A stretch of DNA of 64,000 nucleotides from Firmicutes bacterium CAG:145 (GCA_000435715.1 FR882601.1:28477-92476); one strand, 5' to 3'; numbered from the stretch's first letter, positions 40,361-50,092 are shown. Program-made: numbers and translations. Notes: generated by a model not told the origin, from the letters alone.

Positions 40361-43300
40361 GAAAGCGAACCTCGCCGAGGGTTTAGCAAAATACGAAAAG
40401 GAACCGCCCGGCTATAAGAAAAAGACGCGTACCGTTCCGGAAACCGCGCCGAGATATGTTTACGACAAAGAGGAAAACTGCTACAGGAATACGGAAACCC
40501 GCTCCTCGAATACGGCCAGACTGATGTGCGTGGGAGACTTGATGTGCGAAGAAAAGATGTACAAGGCCTACAATTTCGACGATAAATTTCTTCCTTACGG
40601 GATTTTCTATTACGTAAAAAAAGTTTTTGCCGAAGCGGATTTTGTCATAGGAAATCTGGAAACCACCATATGCGAGGAGGCTCCTTATACCGGAGAAGAA
40701 TATAAGATAAACGGCAAGTATCACTGCAACGCTCCGGCTTCATATCTGGATATATTGAAATACGCCGGATTCGACATGTTCGCCCTCTCAAACAATCACA
40801 ATTTGGACTGTGGAGCCTTGGGAATCGGCGAAACTATCGAAGAAGTAGAAAAGCGAAAGTTTCTCCATACGGGACTGTATACAGACCCCAACGAGAAGGA
40901 CAGGTATGTGGTGGTAAATATCAACGGAATAAAGGTCGCCTTTCTTTCTTATTCCACATGGTTTAACAAAAACCTAAGCAGGCTTACCGAAAAGGGACAA
41001 GGCCTTTTAAATATATATGATATAGAAAAAGTGAAAGAAAATATAACCGCTGCCAAGGGGCCAGGGGAGGCAGACCTTGTCATCGTATATATGCACTGGG
41101 GCGTCGACAGAGAGTACAAGCATCAGTTCGGAGACAGCCAAAGGCGTCAGGCCGAAGAATTGGCTGCCGCAGGAGCCGATTACATAGTTGGCAGCCATAC
41201 CCATTCGCTTCAGGGTTATGAGGAAATAACTGCACCCGACGGCAGAACTGTGCCTGTAATTTATTCCTTGGGAAATTTTGCTACCAGCGAGAGAAATTAT
41301 CTGAGCAGGGACAACGCTATCTTGACGCTAAATTTAAAAAAGGGCGGCGACGGAAAGGTAAGCGTCAGCTCCTCATACATACCTTGTCACGTGTTCGATA
41401 ATTTTTACGGAAGGAAGTATCCTATAGTTCCGGCGATAAGTAAATATAACGAGAACTGTGAATCGGAGTATTTGATAAAGACAAGAAATCTTGCCGAAAA
41501 GATAATGGAATATAAGATTCCCGAATACGGCGCGGAGATAAGTGAAAGAATCTGCAAAGCTCTCATTTTGGAGGCGGCCGGCAAAAGAATTTCCACGGAG
41601 GAGGATAATGAAAGATACACCTGCCTCAGATTTGCTCAGGACGCGGCGGAAGGCTGCGCAGCGTTCGTCAACGTGACTTCAAACCCGCATATTAAATTTT
41701 CGCAGGCGCGGATAGAAGAAATGGCAGATTATGCGATTTCCAAAGGTGCAAAAGTAATAGTCAGCGACAGACAAGTGAAGGAATATCCGTGCATAATAGT
41801 TGAAGATGTTTGGGAAACATGGGCTAACGCTCATGGAATATTGAGAAAGACATATGAAGGAAAAGTAATCGGTATAACGGGAAGCATAGGAAAAACGGCC
41901 GCCACGGGAATGGTGTACAGCATTTTATCAAGCAGATATAAAACCCACGGCCTTACTTCAAATGCAAATACGGTTAGATATTCGGGAATAGTCCTTCAGC
42001 GTTTAAAAAAGGAACATGAAGTTTACGTTCAGGAAATAATGGAGGGGCCTCCTTACGGATGCGCCCAAAACATTTCACATTTCATCAGACCTGACATAGG
42101 GATAATAACTAAGGTCGGATCTTCTCACATGGAGGCGTTCGGAAGCAAAGAAAGAGTAGCCGAGAGCTGTTTCGGCATAGAATACGGCATGGCTGAAAAC
42201 GGGGTTCTCATTATAAACGCGGACGATCAATATCAAGCTTCATTTAAGGACGCGAAACACAAAATAGTTACCTATGGCGTAGAAAACGAGAAGGCAGATT
42301 ATAAGGCTTCACAAATAAGGCAGACTATTGAAGATATAAATTTTGTTCTTAGCTATAAGGATAAATCATTGAATATAACCTTAAAGTGCATAGGAATACA
42401 TAATGTATATAACGCTTTGGCGGCCTTTGCCGCAGCCAAAGAAACGGGTATGAAGGACAGAGAAATAGCAGAGGCTTTGTCAAAATACAGAACAAGCGGA
42501 ATACGCCAAAACCTTACGAATATAGGAGGACAAAGATTTTTCTTAGATTGCTACAACGCTTCGAGCGAGTCCATAAAAGGCGCTCTTGATACTTTAGATT
42601 TTTTAAAGAAAAGTACGGATATAAAAACGACAGCTGTAATAGGAGATGTGCTGGAGCTTGGTGAAAGCAGCAAGAAAGAGCATGAGCCTATAGGAAAGCA
42701 CATATTAGATTCAGATGTCGATTCAGTCTTACTTTACGGCAGTGAAATGAAAATCGCTTATGAATACGCCTCAAATAACACTACTAATAAAAATCTGTTT
42801 TATACTGACAATTATGATTTATTAAAAGAAGAAGTAGAAAAGAGCATGTCCAAAGACAGCATAATTATGCTAAAAGGAAGCAGAGGAATGGCACTTGAGC
42901 GAACCGTAGACGACATTTTCGGAACTTGGTATCACGAGGAATTTGAGAGAGACGAGCATACATACGAAGAACAGGATACAGAAGAATATGTTATAGGCGA
43001 GTATTTAAAGTACGTTGTAATTAAAAAAGGAAAGACGACGTCAGATAAAATAAGTATCCCCGACTTGATAAACGAAAAGCCTGTAATCGGAATAGACAAA
43101 ACAGCGTTTTCCCAAAACAGCCGAATAAAAGAGGTGACGCTTCCGACGGTTTTAAAGAGCATAAGATATTGCGCTTTTTATAAATGCTCCGGTCTTACGG
43201 AGGTGACGATACCGGAAAGCGTGAGAATTATCGACAGAAGCGCTTTTTCAACATGCGCCAATCTTCGAGTTGTAAAAATAGAAAACGGAACGGCGGAGCT

Positions 43301-43481
43301 GGGTTACAGGGCCTTCGGAAACTGCGCGAATTTGGAGAAAATTTATATACCCGAATCTGTAGTTAAAATCGGAGGAGAAGCCTTCCTTAACTGTAAAAAC
43401 CTTACGATTTACTGCGTTAAGGATTCCTTCGCCGATAAGTACGCTAAAAGAGAAAATATCGAGACTTGCTATATAGAATAG
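40344..43481 (+). CDS. Tri-domain fusion of a CapA/PGA_cap (calcineurin-like) domain, a Mur ligase family domain (MurF/CapB-like amide ligase) and a C-terminal BspA-type leucine-rich repeat.
   Basis: CapA motifs VGDLMCE ... GNLET ... LSNNH ... GSHTH ... SLGNF. Mur ligase motifs GITGSIGKTAATG (P-loop), DCYNASSESIKGALDTL and LKGSRGMALE. The LRR_5 repeats are LPTVLKSIRYCAFYKCSGL, IPESVRIIDRSAFSTCANL and IPESVVKIGGEAFLNCKNL. The ORF is open from 40308. The ATG at 40344 has the RBS gaggaaggga. Confidence 0.7.
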   Translation: MIFRNKKANLAEGLAKYEKEPPGYKKKTRTVPETAPRYVYDKEENCYRNTETRSSNTARLMCVGDLMCEEKMYKAYNFDDKFLPYGIFYYVKKVFAEADFVIGNLETTICEEAPYTGEEYKINGKYHCNAPASYLDILKYAGFDMFALSNNHNLDCGALGIGETIEEVEKRKFLHTGLYTDPNEKDRYVVVNINGIKVAFLSYSTWFNKNLSRLTEKGQGLLNIYDIEKVKENITAAKGPGEADLVIVYMHWGVDREYKHQFGDSQRRQAEELAAAGADYIVGSHTHSLQGYEEITAPDGRTVPVIYSLGNFATSERNYLSRDNAILTLNLKKGGDGKVSVSSSYIPCHVFDNFYGRKYPIVPAISKYNENCESEYLIKTRNLAEKIMEYKIPEYGAEISERICKALILEAAGKRISTEEDNERYTCLRFAQDAAEGCAAFVNVTSNPHIKFSQARIEEMADYAISKGAKVIVSDRQVKEYPCIIVEDVWETWANAHGILRKTYEGKVIGITGSIGKTAATGMVYSILSSRYKTHGLTSNANTVRYSGIVLQRLKKEHEVYVQEIMEGPPYGCAQNISHFIRPDIGIITKVGSSHMEAFGSKERVAESCFGIEYGMAENGVLIINADDQYQASFKDAKHKIVTYGVENEKADYKASQIRQTIEDINFVLSYKDKSLNITLKCIGIHNVYNALAAFAAAKETGMKDREIAEALSKYRTSGIRQNLTNIGGQRFFLDCYNASSESIKGALDTLDFLKKSTDIKTTAVIGDVLELGESSKKEHEPIGKHILDSDVDSVLLYGSEMKIAYEYASNNTTNKNLFYTDNYDLLKEEVEKSMSKDSIIMLKGSRGMALERTVDDIFGTWYHEEFERDEHTYEEQDTEEYVIGEYLKYVVIKKGKTTSDKISIPDLINEKPVIGIDKTAFSQNSRIKEVTLPTVLKSIRYCAFYKCSGLTEVTIPESVRIIDRSAFSTCANLRVVKIENGTAELGYRAFGNCANLEKIYIPESVVKIGGEAFLNCKNLTIYCVKDSFADKYAKRENIETCYIE

Positions 43482-43512
43482 TAGGCCGCTGAAGTAAGAG
43501 GTCGGAGAAGAC

Positions 43513-44580
43513 ATGGAAAACAAAGATAAATTGACGATTTGCTTTTTATGGGGAGGACAATCTTCCGAAAATCAGGTGTCGAGAAATTCAGCCGTCTCGA
43601 TTTTAAGAGAAATAGACAGAGATAAATACAATATAATCTGCGTCGGCATAACTTCACGGGGAGAATGGCTTGTAACAGACGCCAGCACGGATGAAATCGC
43701 AGACGGGAGCTGGGAAGACAGAAAAGGCAACAGGCGGGCTATTCTGTCACCCGATACATCAACGGAAGGTTTAATATCAGAAGACGGAGAAAAGATAAAG
43801 GTCGATTTGATATGGCCTGTGCTGCACGGCAAGAAGGGTGAAGATGGAACTATACAGGGCCTTTTTGAATTGTCGGGAATTAAATATGTGGGCTGCGGTG
43901 TCGCCTCATCGGCTTGCTGTATGGACAAAGTTCTTACGAAAATATTAGTATCCAATCTAAATGTAAAACAGGCAAAAAGTTATATAGCCGGTAAAACCGA
44001 CTTTGAAGAGGATCAGGACCGGATAGTATCGGATACGGCCAAATACTTTTCCGGATTTTGGCCGCTCTTTGTAAAACCTTCATCTTCCGGTTCATCGGTA
44101 GGGATATCTAAAGTCGGAGACCTTCGGGAACTGAGGAACGCCTACGAGACGGCTTTTAAGGAGGATAGTAAGGTCATAGTGGAAGAAGCTGTTGTCGGAC
44201 AAGAAGTGGAAACAGCGGTCTTGGGCAACGAAGTCCCATTGGCTTCAAGCGTTGGTGAAATATTGTCTTCAGGAGACTGGTATGACTATAATTCAAAATA
44301 TAATAACATTCGGTCAAAAACCATTATTCCCGCCCGCATTGACGACAATACAGCTGAAAAGATAAAGAAACAGGCCTTGGAGATATATAAGCTTCTGGGT
44401 TGCCGTAATTTAGCCAGAGTAGATTTCTTTGTCAGAACGAACGGTGAAATAATTTTTAATGAAATCAACACCCTGCCTGGATTTACCGCTGTAAGCATGT
44501 ATCCTAAATTGTGGCTGTACGACGGGATTACATATAGCAGACTGATTGACGAAATCATAAAATATGCCATGGAACAGTAA
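43513..44580 (+). CDS. ddl: D-alanine--D-alanine ligase.
   Basis: KLTICFLWGGQSSENQVS, and the C-terminal motifs RVDFFV ... NEINTLPGFT. 355 aa. Confidence 0.9.
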   Translation: MENKDKLTICFLWGGQSSENQVSRNSAVSILREIDRDKYNIICVGITSRGEWLVTDASTDEIADGSWEDRKGNRRAILSPDTSTEGLISEDGEKIKVDLIWPVLHGKKGEDGTIQGLFELSGIKYVGCGVASSACCMDKVLTKILVSNLNVKQAKSYIAGKTDFEEDQDRIVSDTAKYFSGFWPLFVKPSSSGSSVGISKVGDLRELRNAYETAFKEDSKVIVEEAVVGQEVETAVLGNEVPLASSVGEILSSGDWYDYNSKYNNIRSKTIIPARIDDNTAEKIKKQALEIYKLLGCRNLARVDFFVRTNGEIIFNEINTLPGFTAVSMYPKLWLYDGITYSRLIDEIIKYAMEQ

Positions 44581-44671
44581 AAATATCATAAGATTTTTAA
44601 CGGAGAACAGATATATGATTTAAAAAAAAGAATATATAGAAATAAAATCTACCAACAATACTAAATATGCG

Positions 44672-45436
44672 ATGCAAGGATCGGCAGTTTCCTTTTGTGT
44701 TTCAAACAACAAAAAGTCATACAAGGGGGGGTATGATAAAATAGAAATGCAGTTCTCAGAAGAAGATAATATTGAAATAGTGTCAAATAATTCTTTTCTG
44801 ATTCTGGAAAGAGACTTTGATTTTACGGTTGAGGTCGATGTAAAGTATAAAAACATTTCAAAAGCTTTTAAGTTTGAAACATTTAGACAAAAGAAAAATC
44901 CGGAGAATACTCTGATTCTCATAAATAAACTTACTAAAATAGATGAAGGATATGTTCCGAAACTTGAATATATCTTTGGCAGGCGGTTAAACCCGATAGT
45001 CGTACCATCTTTGTGCGAAATGTTTAAGGCTGCTATCTCTGATGGTATCTGCATTTATCTTGATTCGGCGTACAGATCATACGCTATGCAAAGGGACATA
45101 TACGACAGATATGTACAAAAATACGGGCAAGATCAAAGATATGCGGCAATGCCGGGAGAAAGTGAACATCATAGCGGGCTGAGCGTAGACATATTATGGG
45201 GAGGTCCCAGCTCAGATGAAAAGAGGAGAAAATCCGATGAATTTAAATGGTTAGAAAAAAATTGCATGAAATTTGGCTTTGTTTTGAGATACCCTTTTAA
45301 TTCTGAGAAAATTACAAAATATAATTTTGAACCGTGGCATTTCAGATATATTGGCCGGCAGGCTGCGAAAGATTTTTATCAATCGGGATGCGCAGTATTG
45401 AAAGAATTTTTATCTTATTACGGCAGAAATATATAA
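44672..45436 (+). CDS. VanY-type D-alanyl-D-alanine carboxypeptidase (peptidase M15B).
   Basis: SAYRSYAMQRD, ESEHHSGLSVDI and EPWHFRYIG are the Zn-binding His-x6-Asp and His motifs. The true start may be the Met at 44747 (MQFSEEDN). Confidence 0.75.
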   Translation: MQGSAVSFCVSNNKKSYKGGYDKIEMQFSEEDNIEIVSNNSFLILERDFDFTVEVDVKYKNISKAFKFETFRQKKNPENTLILINKLTKIDEGYVPKLEYIFGRRLNPIVVPSLCEMFKAAISDGICIYLDSAYRSYAMQRDIYDRYVQKYGQDQRYAAMPGESEHHSGLSVDILWGGPSSDEKRRKSDEFKWLEKNCMKFGFVLRYPFNSEKITKYNFEPWHFRYIGRQAAKDFYQSGCAVLKEFLSYYGRNI

Positions 45437-45565
45437 CTTCCCCAACAGACAAGCCCGAAAACTCCATAGCCTTAAATAAGGGACAATTTATATTCAAATC
45501 CTGCGTTTTGTGTTATACTTTATCTGCGAGATGAATTCTAAAATCGCAGAAAGGGGAATAGTACA

Positions 45566-47017
45566 TTGAAAAGAGATGAAAATAAAAGCAAAAATACAGC
45601 AGCCAATGTTCTCACAGCCGTCTTCTTGCTGGTAGAGGCCTTGTTCATAGCGATGATGGTGACGGCAGGTATCTTTTCTGCCAAGCACATCATCTTTGCA
45701 GGTGTCATACTTCTCATAATTACCTTGATCACACTGATACTTTTACGTTCAGACAGACAAAAGAAGGGAAGAAGGCGTACAGGGGCAGCTCTGGCGGTGA
45801 TCTTTTCGGTCATCTTAGCCATAGGAAGCTACTATCTGTACAGCACTTTCGATCTCTTTGGCACAATATCCAAAGACGATAAACAGACAGAAGATTTCTA
45901 TGTGGCAGTATTGAAAGACGGCAGCTATGATGACATCTCAGATATAAAAGGAGAGACCGTTTTCGTAAGCGAAGGAGAGAACGATGCCTATAAAGACGCC
46001 AAGGACAGGCTTAAAGATGAATACGAAGTCACTTATGAGAATTCAGGGGCTTATGTAGATCTGGGACGTAAGCTCATAGGAGCAGACGGAAACAACTTCG
46101 ATAACATCATCTTTGTCAGCAGCATAAACTACGATATGCTCTGTGAAGAGATAAGCGATTTCAGGGATAATACAAAGATCTTATATACTGTTTCCATAGA
46201 GATAGAAAACGAAGACGTGGCTAAGCCCGCCAACGTGACGGAGCAGCCGTTTAACGTGTATATAAGCGGCATAGATACCTACGGCAATATCAATAAAGTT
46301 TCAAGGAGCGATGTCAATATGATAATGACGGTAGATCCGGCCAGGAAAAAGATATTGCTCACTTCTATTCCAAGAGATATGTATGTAACTCTTCATTCTT
46401 ACGGAGCTAAAGACAAGCTCACCCATACGGGCATATACGGAGTGGACGAGACTGTCACTACTGTCGAAGACTGGCTGGGGATAGACATAAACTATTACTT
46501 GAGAGTAAACTTCACGACTCTTGAAGACGTAGTGGACGTCATTGGCGGTATAGATGTGGAATCGGAGTACAGTTTTAAATCTTCTGCTTCCAAGTATAGT
46601 TACGTCAAAGGAATCAATCACATGAGCGGAGAAGCAGCTCTCTATTTTGCAAGAGAAAGGTATGCTTTTGCTTCCGGCGATAATCAGAGAGTGAGAAATC
46701 AGCAGCTGGTGATACAGGGGATAATCAACAAGATCATGAGCGACAAGAGCCTGCTGATAAAATACCCTCAGCTCCTGGGCGCAGTCAGGGATCAGATGAG
46801 AACCAATATGACAGACGACGATATTTCATCACTTGTAAAGATGCAGCTTGATGATATGACAGGATGGGAGATAGAAACATGCGCCATTACCGGAACAGGA
46901 ACCATGGCGGCCACTTACAGCGGCGGCTCTCAGAACCTTTCCGTCATAATCCCCAGTGATACGTCGGTCTCTTATGCAGCAGGAAAGATAAGAGATATGA
47001 TGAACCGGTCAGAATAA
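45566..47017 (+). CDS. LytR-CpsA-Psr (LCP) family phosphotransferase, which ligates wall polymers to peptidoglycan.
   Basis: N-terminal TM anchor plus the LCP core (NVYISGIDTYG ... SIPRDMYV ... GEAALYFARERY). TTG start with RBS aaagggga. Confidence 0.85.
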   Translation: MKRDENKSKNTAANVLTAVFLLVEALFIAMMVTAGIFSAKHIIFAGVILLIITLITLILLRSDRQKKGRRRTGAALAVIFSVILAIGSYYLYSTFDLFGTISKDDKQTEDFYVAVLKDGSYDDISDIKGETVFVSEGENDAYKDAKDRLKDEYEVTYENSGAYVDLGRKLIGADGNNFDNIIFVSSINYDMLCEEISDFRDNTKILYTVSIEIENEDVAKPANVTEQPFNVYISGIDTYGNINKVSRSDVNMIMTVDPARKKILLTSIPRDMYVTLHSYGAKDKLTHTGIYGVDETVTTVEDWLGIDINYYLRVNFTTLEDVVDVIGGIDVESEYSFKSSASKYSYVKGINHMSGEAALYFARERYAFASGDNQRVRNQQLVIQGIINKIMSDKSLLIKYPQLLGAVRDQMRTNMTDDDISSLVKMQLDDMTGWEIETCAITGTGTMAATYSGGSQNLSVIIPSDTSVSYAAGKIRDMMNRSE

Positions 47018-47056
47018 TGCTGAAAAAATTGTATACGAGATAGAATATGACATGTA

Positions 47057-47106
47057 AAAATCCCGCGGCCTTGTATTTACGAGACAGGCTTGCGGGATCT
47101 TTTTTA
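47057..47106. terminator. Bidirectional terminator between the LCP gene (+) and dapA (-).
   Basis: aaaatcccgc ... gcgggatctttttt hairpin with T/A tracts on both sides. Confidence 0.5.
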
Positions 47107-47131
47107 CATATTTTCTATATTTAAGAGGTCA

Positions 47132-48019
47132 TCATATCAAACCGAACTCTTCTAAAGCGTCATAGACCATGTACTGAGTTTTGTTGCTGGGAGGGCACAT
47201 AGGCAGCCGGTATTCCAGATTGCACATTCTCATCATGTTCAAAGCGGCTTTGACAGGAACAGGGTTTACTTCTACAAATAAAGAATCGATCAGAGGTTTG
47301 ATCGCCACCTGTTCTTTACCTGCCTGGATATAATTTCCGTTCAAAAAATCGCGGGTCATATTTGCGAAACGAGCAGGTATAATATTTGAGACCGTCGAAA
47401 TACAGCCGATTCCTCCCAGAGACATCAGCGGCACTGTCTGATCGTCGTTGCCCGAATACATGTCGAAGCCGTCGCCTATATAAGAAGCTATCTGACATAT
47501 CTGAGATATGTTGCCGGAGGCTTCTTTTATACCTGCGATATTCGGATGCTGGGAGAGGGCCGCAACTGCAGAGGGAGTTATATTTACACCCGTCCTTGAA
47601 GGAACGGAATACATTATTATCGGTATAGATACGTCGTCGGCTATTTTTTCGTAATGCGAAATAAGCCCGCTTTCTGTACATCGATTATAATAAGGAGTGA
47701 CTATTAAAAGACCGTCGGCGCCGGCGTCTTCCATCCCCTTGGACAGATCTGCCGCGGCGGCCGTGTTGTTCGTACCCGAACCTGCGATTACAGGAACACG
47801 GCCGTCTGTCAAGTCCACGGCGAATCTTACCAGCTGAAGCTTTTCCATGACCGAGAGAGTCGAAGCCTCGCCTGTGGTGCCGCAGACTACAAGGGCGTCT
47901 ATGCCTTGGTTTATCTGCCACTCTATCAGCTTGCCCATGGAGACGTAATCTATTTTTCCGTCCTTGAACGGAGTGATGAGAGCGGTGGCAGCTCCTTTGA
48001 ATAATGACACAGCATACAC
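47132..48019 (-). CDS. dapA: 4-hydroxy-tetrahydrodipicolinate synthase.
   Basis: ALITPFKDGKIDY ... VVCGTTGE. 295 aa. Confidence 0.95.
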   Translation of the reverse strand: MYAVSLFKGAATALITPFKDGKIDYVSMGKLIEWQINQGIDALVVCGTTGEASTLSVMEKLQLVRFAVDLTDGRVPVIAGSGTNNTAAAADLSKGMEDAGADGLLIVTPYYNRCTESGLISHYEKIADDVSIPIIMYSVPSRTGVNITPSAVAALSQHPNIAGIKEASGNISQICQIASYIGDGFDMYSGNDDQTVPLMSLGGIGCISTVSNIIPARFANMTRDFLNGNYIQAGKEQVAIKPLIDSLFVEVNPVPVKAALNMMRMCNLEYRLPMCPPSNKTQYMVYDALEEFGLI

Positions 48020-48151
48020 ATCCTTTCATAGAATATTAGTGTTAAATTATTATATTCAATCGGTTCTATTTTGTTGAAACATCAATAAAAAAGTGATACA
48101 ATAAATTGTTATGAACCTGAATTAAATCAATTTTAAGCGAGAGGTATTTTT

Positions 48152-49243
48152 ATGAATGAAAAATTAAGAGTAGGTATATTAGGCGGCACAGGAATGGTGG
48201 GCCAGAGATTCATATCACTTCTTGAAGATCATCCATGGTTTGAGGTGAGAGTAATAGCTGCGTCGGGGCGCAGCGAGGGACTTCGCTATGAAGATGCGGT
48301 CAGCGGCCGTTGGAAGATCGAAAAGCCGATGCCTGAGGCCGTTAAAGATATAAAGATAATGAATGTAAGCGACGTAGAGGGCGTGGCTTCAAAAGTAGAT
48401 TTTGTTTTCAGCGCCGTGGATATGACTAAAGAAGAAATCCAGGCTATAGAAGAAGCGTATGCCAAGGCGGAGACTCCTGTAGTATCCAACAACAGCGCTC
48501 ACAGATGGACAGACGACGTGCCTATGGTAATACCTGAGATTAACTGCGATCATTTTGAGATCATAGAGGCTCAAAAGAAACGCCTCGGAACGACTAAAGG
48601 ATTCGTTGCCGTAAAGCCAAACTGCTCCATACAGAGCTACGTTCCCGCCCTCAATGCATGGAAAGAGTTTGAACCATATGAGTGCGTTATAACCACTTAT
48701 CAGGCTATTTCCGGAGCGGGCAAAGACTTCAAGTCCTGGCCGGAGATGGTAGAAAACGTGATACCGTATATAGGCGGAGAAGAAGAAAAGAGCGAACAGG
48801 AACCTCTTAAAATCTGGGGACAGGTAGATATGCAGGCAGGCAAGATAGTCAAGGCAGAAGAGCCTAAGATAACTTGCCAGTGCATAAGAGTACCGGTGCT
48901 CAACGGACACACTGCTGCCGCTTTCGTGAAATTCAGAAAGAAGCCTACCAAGCAGCAGCTTATAGAAAAGCTAAAAAATTACAGCGGATTTCCTCAGGAG
49001 GAGAAACTTCCTATGGCGCCTGAGCAGTTTATAAAGTACTTTGAAGAGGACGATCGTCCGCAGGTTAAGGCTGATGTGGACAGAGATAAAGGAATGGGTA
49101 TCTCCATAGGAAGAGTCAGAGAAGACAGCGTATACGACTATAAATTTGTAGGGCTTTCCCACAATACCATAAGAGGCGCGGCGGGGGGCGCTATACTCTG
49201 TGCGGAGACTCTGAAAGCAAAGGGATATATAAACAAAAAATAA
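48152..49243 (+). CDS. asd: Aspartate-semialdehyde dehydrogenase.
   Basis: VGILGGTGMVGQRF, active-site NCSIQ and QCIRVPVLNGH. Confidence 0.9.
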   Translation: MNEKLRVGILGGTGMVGQRFISLLEDHPWFEVRVIAASGRSEGLRYEDAVSGRWKIEKPMPEAVKDIKIMNVSDVEGVASKVDFVFSAVDMTKEEIQAIEEAYAKAETPVVSNNSAHRWTDDVPMVIPEINCDHFEIIEAQKKRLGTTKGFVAVKPNCSIQSYVPALNAWKEFEPYECVITTYQAISGAGKDFKSWPEMVENVIPYIGGEEEKSEQEPLKIWGQVDMQAGKIVKAEEPKITCQCIRVPVLNGHTAAAFVKFRKKPTKQQLIEKLKNYSGFPQEEKLPMAPEQFIKYFEEDDRPQVKADVDRDKGMGISIGRVREDSVYDYKFVGLSHNTIRGAAGGAILCAETLKAKGYINKK

Positions 49244-49255
49244 GGAGAAGAGATT

Positions 49256-50092
49256 ATGTCATATATTGAAGCTATAGTCTTAGGCCTGGTTCAGGGCCTT
49301 GCGGAATTTTTACCCATAAGCAGTTCCGGTCATCTTGCGCTGCTTCAGCAGTGGTTCGGTATAGAAGAGAACAATGTGCTTCTCTTCGCCGTACTCCTTC
49401 ATGTAGGAACGCTCATCTCAGTATTCATAGTATACTGGAAAGATATATGGGAACTTATAAAGGAACTCTTCCTTACTATAAAGGATCTGTGTACAGGCAA
49501 AGGCCTCAGACTTGAGGAGAGGCCTACGAGAAAACTGGGAGTGATGATAATAGTAGCAACCATTCCTACAGGCATAATAGGCCTTTTATTCAATGACTTT
49601 TTCAACGGACTCTACAATTCTGTCGTACCTATCGGCGCAGGCCTCATAATAACCGGTTTTCTTCTGGTCATCGCCGAAAGAACGGGTCATTCCAACAGAG
49701 GTATAAAGCAGATGAATTACAGGAACGCTCTGTTCGTGGGAGCTATACAGGGTATAGCCATATGGCCGGGAATATCGCGGTCCGGCTCCACTTTGTTCGG
49801 AAGTTTGTTATGCAACCTCGACAGAAAATTTGCCGTCAAATTCGTGTTCCTCATCTCTGTTCCTTCCATATTGGGGTCGGCTGTGTTAGAAGCTCCGGCC
49901 GCCATACAGAGCGGAATACAGATGGCGGATCTGGGCCCTATAATTGCGGGAATGGCAGTTGCGGCGATATCGGGACTTATAGCTATCAAATCTATGATCA
50001 AGATAGTTTCAAACAAGAAGCTCAGCTACTTTTCTTATTATGTATGGCTGCTTGGGGCGGTGGTCGTCGGATACGGACTTTTCGTCGCATGA
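49256..50092 (+). CDS. uppP: Undecaprenyl-diphosphate phosphatase.
   Basis: GLVQGLAEFLPISSSGHL and PGISRSGST, the BacA motifs. Confidence 0.9.
   Translation: MSYIEAIVLGLVQGLAEFLPISSSGHLALLQQWFGIEENNVLLFAVLLHVGTLISVFIVYWKDIWELIKELFLTIKDLCTGKGLRLEERPTRKLGVMIIVATIPTGIIGLLFNDFFNGLYNSVVPIGAGLIITGFLLVIAERTGHSNRGIKQMNYRNALFVGAIQGIAIWPGISRSGSTLFGSLLCNLDRKFAVKFVFLISVPSILGSAVLEAPAAIQSGIQMADLGPIIAGMAVAAISGLIAIKSMIKIVSNKKLSYFSYYVWLLGAVVVGYGLFVA

Noticed and set aside
43513-45436. The ddl plus VanY-like pair considered as a vancomycin-resistance (van) operon.
   Set aside because: No VanH dehydrogenase, no VanX dipeptidase and no VanRS two-component genes are present. The context is a wall-polymer operon, not a resistance island.
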